Positions 1-9,743 of a stretch of 64,000 nucleotides of DNA are shown piece by piece; position 1 is the first letter of the stretch; every line of letters starts with the position of its first letter. Source of the DNA: a bacterium (GTDB lineage: Bacteria; Hinthialibacterota; Hinthialibacteria; Hinthialibacterales; Hinthialibacteraceae). A program made the translations under genes and the position numbers. The notes beneath the pieces are model-generated. The model was not told the origin of the DNA. It ran no database searches and saw only the letters and a program-made list of their open reading frames with translations. The stretch covers positions 1 to 64,000 of the forward strand of contig CAXXSM010000076.1 in NCBI GenBank assembly GCA_963663405.2. The letters are read 5' to 3'.

Positions 1-630
1 AAACACCAGAATCCGTTTACAGGTTTCTAAAACGAATTCGAGATTATGGCTGGAGATCATGCGGGTAATGGACAAGCCATCTAAAAACTGGACCAATTCC
101 CGCCGTCCACGGGGATCAAGATCGCTGGATGGTTCATCCAGTAGAAGAACCTGAGGCTCCATCGCCAAAACACCCGCGATCGCGACTCGCCGTTTTTCCC
201 CCCCGGATAGATGCGTCGGTAAGCGGTCGCTATATTCCGGCCCTAAACCAGCAAGGGTCATCGCCCGATCCACTCGTTGACGCGCTTCTTCTTCGCTGAG
301 TCCCATGTTCAATGGACCGAATGCGATATCCTCATACACACTAGTATTGAAGAGTTGGTCATCCGCGTTCTGGAAAACAATGCCCAATTTCTTATGGACT
401 TGAATGCGTCCTTCCCGGTTTCCTAAATCACAACCCGCGATAGACACAGATCCTTTAAAAGAATCGATAACGCCGGAAAGAACAAGAAACAGCGTCGTTT
501 TCCCGGCTCCATTGGGGCCGACCAATCCAACGCGTTCCCCATGCTTAATATGAAGAGAAACGTCCTGCAGCGCGTCTACGCCATCGGGATAACGGTAGGT
601 TAAACGATCGATTTCAATCAGGCAGCTCAA
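1..630 (-). CDS. cbiO: ECF-type Co/Ni ABC transporter ATP-binding subunit, runs off the window's left edge
   Basis: Manual translation from TTG at 630 gives SCLIEIDRLTYRYPDGVDALQDVSL...GLVGPNGAGKTTL (Walker A), then VFQNADDQLF, LSGGEKRRVAIAG and LLDEP. It lies directly downstream of cbiQ. Confidence 0.9.
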   Translation of the reverse strand, partial: MSCLIEIDRLTYRYPDGVDALQDVSLHIKHGERVGLVGPNGAGKTTLFLVLSGVIDSFKGSVSIAGCDLGNREGRIQVHKKLGIVFQNADDQLFNTSVYEDIAFGPLNMGLSEEEARQRVDRAMTLAGLGPEYSDRLPTHLSGGEKRRVAIAGVLAMEPQVLLLDEPSSDLDPRGRRELVQFLDGLSITRMISSHNLEFVLETCKRILVF

Positions 631-651
631 ATCCAATTCCTTCCAGCATCG

Positions 652-1419
652 CTACAATCGACACGCCCAGTTCCAATCCATCCAAAGCAAAGCCAATGAA
701 GCGAGAATGCAAAGCAACGATTTCCCCAAATCACTGGATCGGGTCTCAAATCGTTCAAGAGTCCGGAGGTTTCCCGTATACCCACGGCACTGCATAGCCC
801 TATAGATCCGGTCTGTCCGCTCGAGGCTCCGCACCAATGACATCCCCACAACATTGGCCAGTATCCGGTAGGCCCGACGTGATGTCCGGTTACGGAATCC
901 ACGCGTGACCAGCGCCCAACGCACAGTATTGAATTCATCATAGAGTGAAAACACATATCGGTAGGTGAGCAGGGCGATCTGAATGAGAATCCGGGGCGCC
1001 CGCAATTTCTCCGCCGCATGTAGAAGCCGTGTCATCGGTGTAGAGAAAAGCGCCGCCATCGATGCGGTGACAATCGCCACTGCGCGCAGGTAAAGAATCG
1101 TGGCGAGTTCAAATCCCTCTCTGCTTGGAGAAAATCCAAACATGGTAAATGTTTCACCACCAACCGTGAATGGCAAGATAAAAAAACAAGGGATCAAGAG
1201 AAGATGGATCTCCCCCAACCGACGGGCGACGACAGAGAAAGGGAGGCGGCCGGCGCTCAGCGCTAACAGAGCGAAACAGAGGGCGATCAAGGCGGTCCAA
1301 GGGCTTTGAACCGTTGTGACAGCGAAGATAAAGACGGCAATAGAGACGAGTTTCCACCGCGCGTCCCACCGCTTGAGGGGGGAATCAATGCGCGTATATT
1401 GTTCGATATTAAGATTCAC
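652..1419 (-). CDS. cbiQ: ECF transporter transmembrane T component
   Basis: N-terminal SPLKRWDARWKL, hydrophobic helices, LTYRY and C-terminal RIYRAMQCRGY motifs; operon context. Confidence 0.9.
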   Translation of the reverse strand: MNLNIEQYTRIDSPLKRWDARWKLVSIAVFIFAVTTVQSPWTALIALCFALLALSAGRLPFSVVARRLGEIHLLLIPCFFILPFTVGGETFTMFGFSPSREGFELATILYLRAVAIVTASMAALFSTPMTRLLHAAEKLRAPRILIQIALLTYRYVFSLYDEFNTVRWALVTRGFRNRTSRRAYRILANVVGMSLVRSLERTDRIYRAMQCRGYTGNLRTLERFETRSSDLGKSLLCILASLALLWMDWNWACRL

Positions 1420-1981
1420 GGTCTCTCAGTAAGGTTTCGATCGAGGCGATCTTTTTCGAATTGCGCAACGCAAGATAAAATCCACCGGCGGCCATAATAA
1501 AAGAAAATCCAATTAGAATCCTCTCAATAAGCGCTCTTGGATTTTTTGTCGAACGCCGGGGGGACTTCGCCACGGGCGCGGTTTCTTTTTCCTGTTCTTC
1601 GCTTGAAGCAACGCTCTCGTTTTGAACGTTTTCTTGCTGGATAGCGCCCGTTTCTTCTAGCAGTTCAATCATCTCATCTTTGGTGAGGGTGATGGTTTTT
1701 TTATGCCCTTGTCCCGCGTATACTTCAATTGTGATCTCGCATGGAGCGCCTGGCTTCCAACGAAATTGACCATCCTCGTTGGTTTCACCGCTGGCGAGAG
1801 TAGAACCATCTCCCGATGAGAGAGTGACCTCTCCTCCTTTGACCGGTTCATCATTCCCTGTCCAGGCTTCAATAATCAAATCACCGTCCTCAATCCAATA
1901 ATCTAAATCCAGCCGGTGCGCTCCAGCCAATGGCGCCATTACTCCAAGACAAAGAAAAATCCAAATCAACCGTTTCATCAT
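1409..1981 (-). CDS. NikL/CbiL-like accessory membrane-anchored protein
   Basis: Signal peptide followed by AH|RLDLDYWIEDGDLIIEAW...GETNEDGQF...GQGH and a C-terminal TM helix; located between cbiM and cbiQ. Confidence 0.65.
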   Translation of the reverse strand: MMKRLIWIFLCLGVMAPLAGAHRLDLDYWIEDGDLIIEAWTGNDEPVKGGEVTLSSGDGSTLASGETNEDGQFRWKPGAPCEITIEVYAGQGHKKTITLTKDEMIELLEETGAIQQENVQNESVASSEEQEKETAPVAKSPRRSTKNPRALIERILIGFSFIMAAGGFYLALRNSKKIASIETLLRDRES

Positions 1982-2580
1982 CGAATATCCTTCAATAACG
2001 CGGGCTGCGCCCGCGCCAGAAATTGGACGATCAATCCTGTCATCGCCCCTTCAATTAACATCACGGGGATGTGCGCGAGAAATACAAATTTCGCGATCGA
2101 ATCAAATCCTTCACCAATAAAACGAAGCGCAATTGCGACAAGGAACGCTGATAACAATACTCCCATCGCGCCACTGATCACCCCCGCCGCAAACCGCCAA
2201 TGCTCGTTCCACCTGCAAAGAAAGTGATACAACCGCCAGGACACCAGCGCGGGGATCGCGAAAATACATGTATTCACTCCCAGCACAGACACGCCGCCAT
2301 TTTCTTGGAGCACAGCTTGTAAAAACAGGCCGATAGGAAACGCTAAACAACACCGGCGGCCCAAAACGACACCAACCAACCCATTTAATACAAGATGCAC
2401 ACTCGTCGGGCCGGTCTTGATGTGAATTAATGACGCGACGAAAAACGCCGCCGTGAAGACGGCGATCCGGGGGATTTCCTCGTCCTTGATTTTATACGCG
2501 GACCAGGCGCACAACGCCCCCGCGCCAACAAAACCACCCGCTACAACGGGTAGTGGAAGAACTCCATCCATTAAGTGCAT
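1978..2580 (-). CDS. cbiM: ECF Co/Ni transporter substrate-binding S component (CbiM/NikM)
   Basis: N-terminal metal-binding MHLMDGVL, AAFFVASLIH, SVHLVLNGLVG and HIPVMLIEG. Confidence 0.92.
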   Translation of the reverse strand: MHLMDGVLPLPVVAGGFVGAGALCAWSAYKIKDEEIPRIAVFTAAFFVASLIHIKTGPTSVHLVLNGLVGVVLGRRCCLAFPIGLFLQAVLQENGGVSVLGVNTCIFAIPALVSWRLYHFLCRWNEHWRFAAGVISGAMGVLLSAFLVAIALRFIGEGFDSIAKFVFLAHIPVMLIEGAMTGLIVQFLARAQPALLKDIR

Positions 2581-2596
2581 CGCCTACACGTCTCCA

Positions 2597-2638
2597 GCAA
2601 TAAATAATTGTAATTATAGTATTACGTTTGTACAATTA
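2597..2638. promoter_or_regulatory. AT-rich overlapping palindromes, candidate metalloregulator operator
   Basis: ATAATT-GT-AATTAT (2604-2617), GCAATA-N17-TATTAC (2597-2625) and TAATTGTA-N18-TACAATTA (2605-2638), immediately upstream of cbiM. Confidence 0.35.
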
Positions 2639-2707
2639 ATATGAAGTGGCGTGAAGGCTAATCTTATATACTGACTATGAGCCAGGGAGGAAAACGGATT
2701 GTCCCGC

Positions 2708-4081
2708 TTATAATTTCGGCCGGTCGTCTTTTCCCAATTCCACTAAAATCGATTTCAATTCATCCACAAGCGAAGATCTCTCCTTCGCTAGATCTTGCTT
2801 CTCATAGGGATCAGCGGCCAAATTGTACAATTCCACTTGCTCAGTGTTTTGAAACTGGATCAGTTTCCAATCCCCTTTTCGAACGGCTTTGCAACTTCCG
2901 GTTTTCCAATACATCACGCGGGAGGGATCGGCTTTTTTAATCCCCGTAATATAGGGCCAAACATTAATTCCATCAAAACGTTGCTTGCTGGAAGGAGACG
3001 CGTCTGTCAATTGACATAATGTTGGCATCCAATCCACGGCATGGATCGGTGCTTCAACAGTTTTCTCTCGCAAATGGCCTTTCCAATTGAGAAAAGCGGG
3101 TACACGAATCCCCCCTTCATACACGGCGCCTTTCCAACCTTTCAAGGGCTGGTTGTTCCCCAAAACTGTGTGTGGTTTATCCGCGTAACGTCCTTTGTAC
3201 TGGTCCGCGCTGTGCCAATTCTTTTGTCCCCCGTTGTCGCTGACAAACACAATTAGCGTATTCTCCCGGATCCCTGTCCGATCCAATGCGTCTACAATCC
3301 GTCCGATTCCATGATCCATATGAGACACACTCGCGTTGAACCAACGGCGGGAAGGCTCTTTTTCCTCTTTGTAAAGAGAAAGCCATTCTTCAGGTTCATC
3401 CAACGGGAAATGGGGAACGCTATAAGCTACATATAGGAAAAACGGGTTATTCCTCTTGGCTTCAATAATCCGGACGGCTTCATCTGTGATCAGGTCGGTC
3501 ACATGGCCCGTCTCTTCAATACATTGATCGTTCCGGTGCCAGGTCCGGACACCTGTCTTGTATAAATGAGTATAGGGATCGACCTGCCCGTGAAAGTATC
3601 CATACGATGAATCAAATCCATAGCGTAGAGGCGTCCATTCGGGAGGAGAGCCCATATGCCACTTTCCCGAAATCGCCGTGTAGTATCCAGCGCGGCGTAA
3701 TGCGGCGGCGAGAGTAATCGTGTCATCCCGGAAGATCTGTCCGTAATCCGGACCCGTTACGCCATAGCGGCTGGGATATTGACCGGTCATGATTCCCACA
3801 CGGGTCGGAGTGCATGTTGGAGCGGCGTAGTGATGAGTCAACTGCGCGCCTTCCTTCGCTAATGTATCGAGGTGTGGAGTCAACATCGCTGGATTTTGGT
3901 ATCCTATATCCGCCCACCCCATGTCATCGGCGATGATGAAAACAATATTAGGTTTTTGTGATGATGGCGCCTCCTTTCCTAAAAGTGTCTTTGAACTGGA
4001 AAGTAAGTGAATGGAAGCCAACGCTCCGAGTGGAACTGTGTTCTTTAAGAATTGACGTCGATGGATGGAGTTCATGTTCAT
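2708..4081 (-). CDS. Arylsulfatase (Cys-type) with Tat signal peptide
   Basis: HRRQFLK twin-arginine motif, PNIVFIIADDMG, CTPTR formylglycine motif, GKWHMG and SDNGG. Confidence 0.92.
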   Translation of the reverse strand: MNMNSIHRRQFLKNTVPLGALASIHLLSSSKTLLGKEAPSSQKPNIVFIIADDMGWADIGYQNPAMLTPHLDTLAKEGAQLTHHYAAPTCTPTRVGIMTGQYPSRYGVTGPDYGQIFRDDTITLAAALRRAGYYTAISGKWHMGSPPEWTPLRYGFDSSYGYFHGQVDPYTHLYKTGVRTWHRNDQCIEETGHVTDLITDEAVRIIEAKRNNPFFLYVAYSVPHFPLDEPEEWLSLYKEEKEPSRRWFNASVSHMDHGIGRIVDALDRTGIRENTLIVFVSDNGGQKNWHSADQYKGRYADKPHTVLGNNQPLKGWKGAVYEGGIRVPAFLNWKGHLREKTVEAPIHAVDWMPTLCQLTDASPSSKQRFDGINVWPYITGIKKADPSRVMYWKTGSCKAVRKGDWKLIQFQNTEQVELYNLAADPYEKQDLAKERSSLVDELKSILVELGKDDRPKL

Positions 4082-4495
4082 CCCCTTGTTTGATGAGAAT
4101 CCGTACGTATACAGTTATTCTGCCCGATTACGATCAAAATCTGAACAGTTTATGAAAAGTGAATATATTATTGTTACTTGAAGAATGAAATTATAAAAGG
4201 TTGAATCTATAAGAAAAAATGAGCAATCGCCATGACGGTTTATATGAACTGTTCATTAAAATGTATAATCTTACCTATAATTTATGATATAATATAAAAT
4301 CGTTTGATTAATGAGTTCTACCTTACATGGAACTCTGATGAAGAAGAAATTTACAACAGTAAGAAAATTATAGAAACGAATCAAGGACTCCTAGATTATT
4401 CAATACTTGATAATGTAATATGGTTTCTTATTGTTTCCCAATCTATGCGATCCAAGGAAGAAAACAATTTAAATGAAAATGAGGAGGAAATAACA

Positions 4496-6544
4496 ATGCC
4501 ATATACTCTCCGATTCGTTTCAATTTCATTCCTCTTATTGCTATCGGCATTGATGGGATTAGGGCAGGAGACTTCATTCCGGATCGATTTCTCTGGAGAT
4601 ACGGCGGAAGAAAATGACGTCACGATTATGGGCGCGGGCTTTGATACACTGCCGGCTGCGGATGTGTCTTTTGGCGTAATTCCCACCGATAACACGTTCG
4701 AACTGGCGCCCGATGGACGTGGCGCGATTGTCACAGCCGATCCCGGCGAAGGCGTAATGATCGTTTCTTCAATAATTGCTTCAGACAAGGCCGCGTTGAT
4801 CCGTGGTTCTGTGCGAACAGATACTCCTCACGCATCGATCTATCTCGCAACCATCGGCCAGGGAGAAGATGTCTTTGTTTCCACCGTCACTCCGTGTAAC
4901 GGGGAATTTTTCACCGATCAGTACCATCGGCTTTCCTCATTTTTCATTCCCCCTTCCACAAATGGCTTTCAAGCGTTGATTCAAATCGTCAATACGAGCG
5001 AGACGGAATCTTTGACCGCATATCTGGATACCATCGAAATCTCTCTGTTGGAGCCAGGTTGGTTTTACAACGGAGAATTTATTAATGGGGATGAAATAAA
5101 TTCAGAAATAACCGCGCTGTCATTCTTGAATGATATCGACTCTCTACTCACATCATCTGACGCAGACGAGGCTCCACTGCAAATTGACTTATCGAAAGAA
5201 AGTCTCGAACGCAGTGAAATTATGCTGACCGGGGCAGGATTCGATTCTATTCCACAGGCCCGAGTGTTTTTTACTTCCATTCCCACACAGGAGGATTTTC
5301 CCAACGCGACCGATGGATTGGGGGCGGCCATTATCGCCGCGCCCGGTGAGGGGGTGATCATTTGGGGACCTCGGATTGAAACGTCCTACGCTGCGCTGAT
5401 CCGCTGTTCCATCCGATCCAACAACGCGGCGATGTCCGCTATTCTTGCGGCTTTGGATGAAGGTCCAAACGCCTTTGTGACGACGAACACATCCTTCAAC
5501 AAAAATTATTTTCTTTATCAATATAAGCGGCTCTCCACTTATTTCGCGCCTCCCTCGACAGGATTTCAACCCTTGATCCAAATCATGAATATCAGCGAGA
5601 ATGAAACACTAATCGCTTATTTAGATAATTTTGAAGTGTTTCCTCTGAAGACTGACCGGTTTTATAATGAAGCGCTTTTAGATGGAGATGAAACCGATCC
5701 TGATTGGAATAGTATATCGGAGGAATTCGTGGCGCAACATATCTCCTCCCCAACCCTTACGATTGATATTCCGAACTTGCCGGATTCAGCGATCCCCTTG
5801 GAAATGACGCGGATCCCTCATGGCACATTTCTAATGGGTTCCCGTTTTCAACCAGGTTTTGCCAATGAAAGTCCACAGCATTGGGAGACCATCGACAATG
5901 ACTTCTATCTCGGAACGTATGAAGTAACTAACGCGCAGTTTTCCGCTTTCCTCCAGGCAAAAGGAAATCTCAGTCCAGAAGGTCAACCTTATCTTTTTAC
6001 GAATATGGAGAGAGTTAAGATTCAGTTGACCGGCGGGAAATGGACAGTGGACGCCGGATATGAAAACCATCCTGTCATTGAAGTCTCATGGTATGGAGCC
6101 CGGGATTTTTGCGTGTGGATATCGGAGTTGGCCCCATCCCTGCAAGGACGGCTGCCAACAGAAGTGGAATGGGAGTACGCGTGCCGGGCGGGAACGGAGA
6201 CACGCTATTATTGGGGAGAAGATCCCGATTTATCGATGATCGATCATTACGCATGGTATGAAGACAACAGCGGCGCTAACGATACAATTGAAGTGGGACG
6301 AAAACAGCCCAACCAATGGGGCTTATATGACATGAGTGGAAATGTTTGGGAATGGTGCATAGATTCATACCGCGATAAAAGTATTGAAGAACTTGAAGAA
6401 GTATACAAAGTTATCCGCGGAGGCGGGTGGGATACCGATGCGCTCTATTGCCGCTCCGCGGTCCGTAATGGCTATTTAATAATCAACTCCAGCAACGATA
6501 TAGGTTTTCGGATAACCGCCTCCATCAAATATTTATTCCTATAA
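4496..6544 (+). CDS. Secreted protein with a tandem ~200-aa duplicated domain and C-terminal FGE/SUMF1 domain
   Basis: GAGGAGG RBS at 4481 before ATG 4496 (the ORF-track start at 4304 is probably too far upstream). Signal peptide; FGE motifs FLMGS, YEVTNAQF, HPVIEVSW, RLPTEVEWEYACR, GLYDMSGNVWEW and RGG. Confidence 0.85.
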   Translation: MPYTLRFVSISFLLLLSALMGLGQETSFRIDFSGDTAEENDVTIMGAGFDTLPAADVSFGVIPTDNTFELAPDGRGAIVTADPGEGVMIVSSIIASDKAALIRGSVRTDTPHASIYLATIGQGEDVFVSTVTPCNGEFFTDQYHRLSSFFIPPSTNGFQALIQIVNTSETESLTAYLDTIEISLLEPGWFYNGEFINGDEINSEITALSFLNDIDSLLTSSDADEAPLQIDLSKESLERSEIMLTGAGFDSIPQARVFFTSIPTQEDFPNATDGLGAAIIAAPGEGVIIWGPRIETSYAALIRCSIRSNNAAMSAILAALDEGPNAFVTTNTSFNKNYFLYQYKRLSTYFAPPSTGFQPLIQIMNISENETLIAYLDNFEVFPLKTDRFYNEALLDGDETDPDWNSISEEFVAQHISSPTLTIDIPNLPDSAIPLEMTRIPHGTFLMGSRFQPGFANESPQHWETIDNDFYLGTYEVTNAQFSAFLQAKGNLSPEGQPYLFTNMERVKIQLTGGKWTVDAGYENHPVIEVSWYGARDFCVWISELAPSLQGRLPTEVEWEYACRAGTETRYYWGEDPDLSMIDHYAWYEDNSGANDTIEVGRKQPNQWGLYDMSGNVWEWCIDSYRDKSIEELEEVYKVIRGGGWDTDALYCRSAVRNGYLIINSSNDIGFRITASIKYLFL

Positions 6545-6649
6545 TTCAACCGCCTCAAACGCGTTCCCACGATTGATGGTCCTGGAAAAAACTGGTTCCA
6601 CTTATCCATTGTTTCTTGATTTGCATTCAATTCAATATCCTTCACGCAT

Positions 6650-6683
6650 AAAAAAATGGTGAGGTCCGGGGAGGAGCCTCACC
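6650..6683 (-). terminator. Rho-independent terminator of the dcw/ftsZ transcript
   Basis: Minus strand reads GGTGAGG-loop-CCTCACC then A and a T7 tract, about 180 nt after the ftsZ stop. Confidence 0.7.
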
Positions 6684-6865
6684 GTGTACAGTGATGATAG
6701 AAAGAAGGCGCAGGCACAAGGCCTGTGGAGAGCTAGTTTAGAACTGTCGTAACGGTGATGGAGATGTGTGGGAACAACAAACACAACCATTCTGTGTAGT
6801 AATCATTCCCTTGCTCTCTTCACCAAATTGATATCAGTCTTTTCAGTTTTTTATGCTTTAACCGG

Positions 6866-8215
6866 TCACCGGTCTTTTTTCAGATGTTGAAAAATCGCTC
6901 CTTTCGTTGGCGAGGCGGTAGCGACGCTATTAAGGGAGGGTAATCCATCTGACGATTTCGATCGGGCGGATTCGTCGAACGCCGACATCTGACTTCTTTT
7001 CGAATAGACTACACTGTTGATTTCTTCCCGTTCATCGACCACAGTGTCTTTCAGTTTTTTCTTTTCCATCCAGGGGCGGGTGTTTTTCAGAGTCGAGGCG
7101 CCGTGTCCTTTCGGAGAAAGGCGCTCATTTTCCATCTGCATGGTGTATTCGCGTTGTTCCGGCTGTGTCGAACCCGTGGCGAGGATCGTGACTTTCATCT
7201 CGTCTTTCATGTTCTTATCCACCACGACGCCAAAGATGATATTCGCGTCCGCGCCCGCTCGTTCGCGCACGTGTTTCGTGATGGCTTTGTCAATTTCAAG
7301 CAGTTTGATATCCGTGCCGGACGTGATGTTGATAAGAATCCCTTTCGCGCCTTCGATGACCTGCTCTTCCATGAGAGGACTGCTGGAGGCTTGTTTGAAA
7401 GCGTCGTCCGCGCGGTTTCCATCGCGGCCATAGCCGACGCCCATCACGGCGCCGCCGGCGGTGTCCATAATGGTTTTGATATCGGCGAAGTCGAGATTGA
7501 TTAAACCGGGCCGCGTGATTAAATCCGCGATCGAGGTCACACATTGCTTCAAAACGCTGTCCGCTACCTTGAAGGCTTCGACGAGAGTGGTGTTCTCATC
7601 CACGACCGTAATCAGCCGCTGATTGGGCACGGTGATGAGCGTATCCACCTTCTTCCGTAGAATCTGCTGCCCTTTTTCCGCATGGGTGCGGCGTACGGTG
7701 CCTTCAAAATCGAATGGTTTTGTTGTGATCGCCACCGACAGCGCGCCGATTTCTTTTACGATATCCGCAATCACAGACGACGCGCCCGTGCCTGTGCCGC
7801 CGCCAAGACCCGCTGTGACAAACACCAGATCGGCGCCCTCGAGCTCTGACCGGATCAATTCCCGGTCTTCATTCGCGGCCTGTTCACCCAGAACGGGATT
7901 CGCGCCAGTCCCCAATCCTTTGGTAATACTCTTCCCAATGTGAATCTTCCGGGGCGTTTGAGAACGCTGCAGAGCTTGGATGTCTGTATTCACGACAATG
8001 AATTCCACGCCATCCAACGCGCCGTCCTGCATGGTGTCCACAGCGTTGCTGCCGCCACCACCCACACCGACGACCGTGATCTTCGGGCCTCCCGTCAGAT
8101 CGAGCAATTCGGGTTGAACCAGTTCGATCTCGTTAATGCAATTCTCGATCATTTCTTCATCCTGATCTCTTTCGTTTCCCTCGTCAAAATCATGAATCAA
8201 TTCAATATCCATCAT
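6866..8215 (-). CDS. ftsZ: Cell division GTPase FtsZ
   Basis: VVGVGGGGSNAV, GLGTGANP, tubulin signature AGLGGGTGTG and INLDFAD; GGAGG RBS. Confidence 0.98.
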   Translation of the reverse strand: MMDIELIHDFDEGNERDQDEEMIENCINEIELVQPELLDLTGGPKITVVGVGGGGSNAVDTMQDGALDGVEFIVVNTDIQALQRSQTPRKIHIGKSITKGLGTGANPVLGEQAANEDRELIRSELEGADLVFVTAGLGGGTGTGASSVIADIVKEIGALSVAITTKPFDFEGTVRRTHAEKGQQILRKKVDTLITVPNQRLITVVDENTTLVEAFKVADSVLKQCVTSIADLITRPGLINLDFADIKTIMDTAGGAVMGVGYGRDGNRADDAFKQASSSPLMEEQVIEGAKGILINITSGTDIKLLEIDKAITKHVRERAGADANIIFGVVVDKNMKDEMKVTILATGSTQPEQREYTMQMENERLSPKGHGASTLKNTRPWMEKKKLKDTVVDEREEINSVVYSKRSQMSAFDESARSKSSDGLPSLNSVATASPTKGAIFQHLKKDR

Positions 8216-8365
8216 CCTTCCTCCACGTTCTATTTATTTTTTTATGAATGTATAGATCCATTCTTAAAATTCGAATTCAGCCACACCAAGGCCCATCACG
8301 AGCGGATGGAGCGATCGAACACATTCCCCGATTCCATTCTCCGCATGGAGAACGATGATTTTCTA

Positions 8366-9616
8366 TTAGAAGGCCTCTTGCGCCCATCGAATCGCCTTTC
8401 TCACCCACCGGCGGATTTTCGCGCCATCCAACGCCATTCGAGCGTCCCGCTTTCTGAAACCATAATGCAGCAATCCGATCACAGTCGCGTATAAGGGACT
8501 GGAAATGACATCCGCATATCCTACGACGCCATTGGGGTAACCGATCTGGATTGCGCGGTTGGATAAAGTCTGTGTTTTTTCTTCGATCCCGTCCAACAAA
8601 GACGTGCCGCCCGTCAAGACAATTCCCGCGTATAATAATCCGAGTAAATCTTTCGTCCGCAATTCGCGCAGGACTTCTTCCAGGATCTGTTCCACCCGCG
8701 CCTCAACCACTTCACATAAAAGCGATTTCATCACGACAATGGTCCGGCGATTGTTGAAACGGATAACGTCCACCTGCTCGGATGGATCCAGGGAATCCAA
8801 CATCAATGTCGATTTATACCGCTTCAATTTATCCGCTTCCGCCATTGGCGTCTGGAAATAGTGATTGATATCGCGCGTGATATCTTCCCCGCCGATTTCA
8901 ATGGTCTCATTGTGATAGATCGAACCATCATAAAACACGATGACGGACGTAGTTTCCCCACCGATATCCACTAGAGCGACGCCCGTCTGTTTCTCATCAT
9001 CCGACAACACCGATTCGCACGCGGAAATCGTTTGCGAGGAGATTTCTTCCACGTTATACCCCGCCAGTGTCACGCAGCGTTTCAGATTCTTCAGAAGCGG
9101 CTGCCGTCCGGTAATGAGATGAACGTCCACCTCCAATACGCTGCCTTCCTGTCCGATAGGATCGCGTATGTATGGCGTTTGATCGAGACGAAACCAGCGG
9201 GGAATCGAATGAATCACCTCGAAATCCTTGGGAACCGATTTCCGGATCGCCGCGTCAACACACTCTTCGACGTCTTCCGCCGTCACCGCTCGTCCTTGGT
9301 TGGAGAGAACCACCGAGCCGACCGAATTCTGACTTTGCAGAAATCCACCGGGAACGCCCACGACGGCGTTACGGATTTCCATCCCCGGCACGTGACTCAA
9401 GGCCTTGCGGCACGCGTGTGTCGTCGAGACGACGATCTCATCGAGATCGGTGATCCCCGAACTTGACAAACCGGCGCAGGGATGCGCGCCCACACCAAGC
9501 ACCTCGATCGTTTTTCGATCGTTGCGCCGGGCCGCGAGTGCCGCGACTTTCGTCGTTCCAATATCTATCGCCATCAAATAGTCGCTGTCTTTCGCCGGTT
9601 TCATCAGGCAACCCAT
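8366..9616 (-). CDS. ftsA: Cell division protein FtsA
   Basis: IDIGTTKV, VDIGGETT and IVLTGGTSLL motifs; upstream of ftsZ. Confidence 0.97.
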   Translation of the reverse strand: MGCLMKPAKDSDYLMAIDIGTTKVAALAARRNDRKTIEVLGVGAHPCAGLSSSGITDLDEIVVSTTHACRKALSHVPGMEIRNAVVGVPGGFLQSQNSVGSVVLSNQGRAVTAEDVEECVDAAIRKSVPKDFEVIHSIPRWFRLDQTPYIRDPIGQEGSVLEVDVHLITGRQPLLKNLKRCVTLAGYNVEEISSQTISACESVLSDDEKQTGVALVDIGGETTSVIVFYDGSIYHNETIEIGGEDITRDINHYFQTPMAEADKLKRYKSTLMLDSLDPSEQVDVIRFNNRRTIVVMKSLLCEVVEARVEQILEEVLRELRTKDLLGLLYAGIVLTGGTSLLDGIEEKTQTLSNRAIQIGYPNGVVGYADVISSPLYATVIGLLHYGFRKRDARMALDGAKIRRWVRKAIRWAQEAF

Positions 9617-9654
9617 CCTATTAATTTAATGATCTATCACATTCATCCATTTAT

Positions 9655-9743
9655 ATGAAAATGAGTCTCTAAGGCTTTCTCGTTTGAATTCACTCCCGCG
9701 ACTCATTTTCATTTGCAGTCGTGATCTCAACCATGATGGTTTA
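9655..9743. repeat. Dispersed ~90 bp hairpin repeat, copy 1 (ftsQ-ftsA intergenic)
   Basis: Inverted repeat ATGAAAATGAGT (9655-9666) / ACTCATTTTCAT (9701-9712) plus a tail GTGATCTCAACCATGATGGTTTA; clearly similar to 25809-25898. Confidence 0.8.

Noticed and set aside
4304-4495. N-terminal extension of the FGE-domain ORF
   Set aside because: A strong RBS and signal peptide start at 4496. Similar over-extended starts were trimmed for ftsQ, murE, ftsI, DUF748, CHAT and BatD-like genes.
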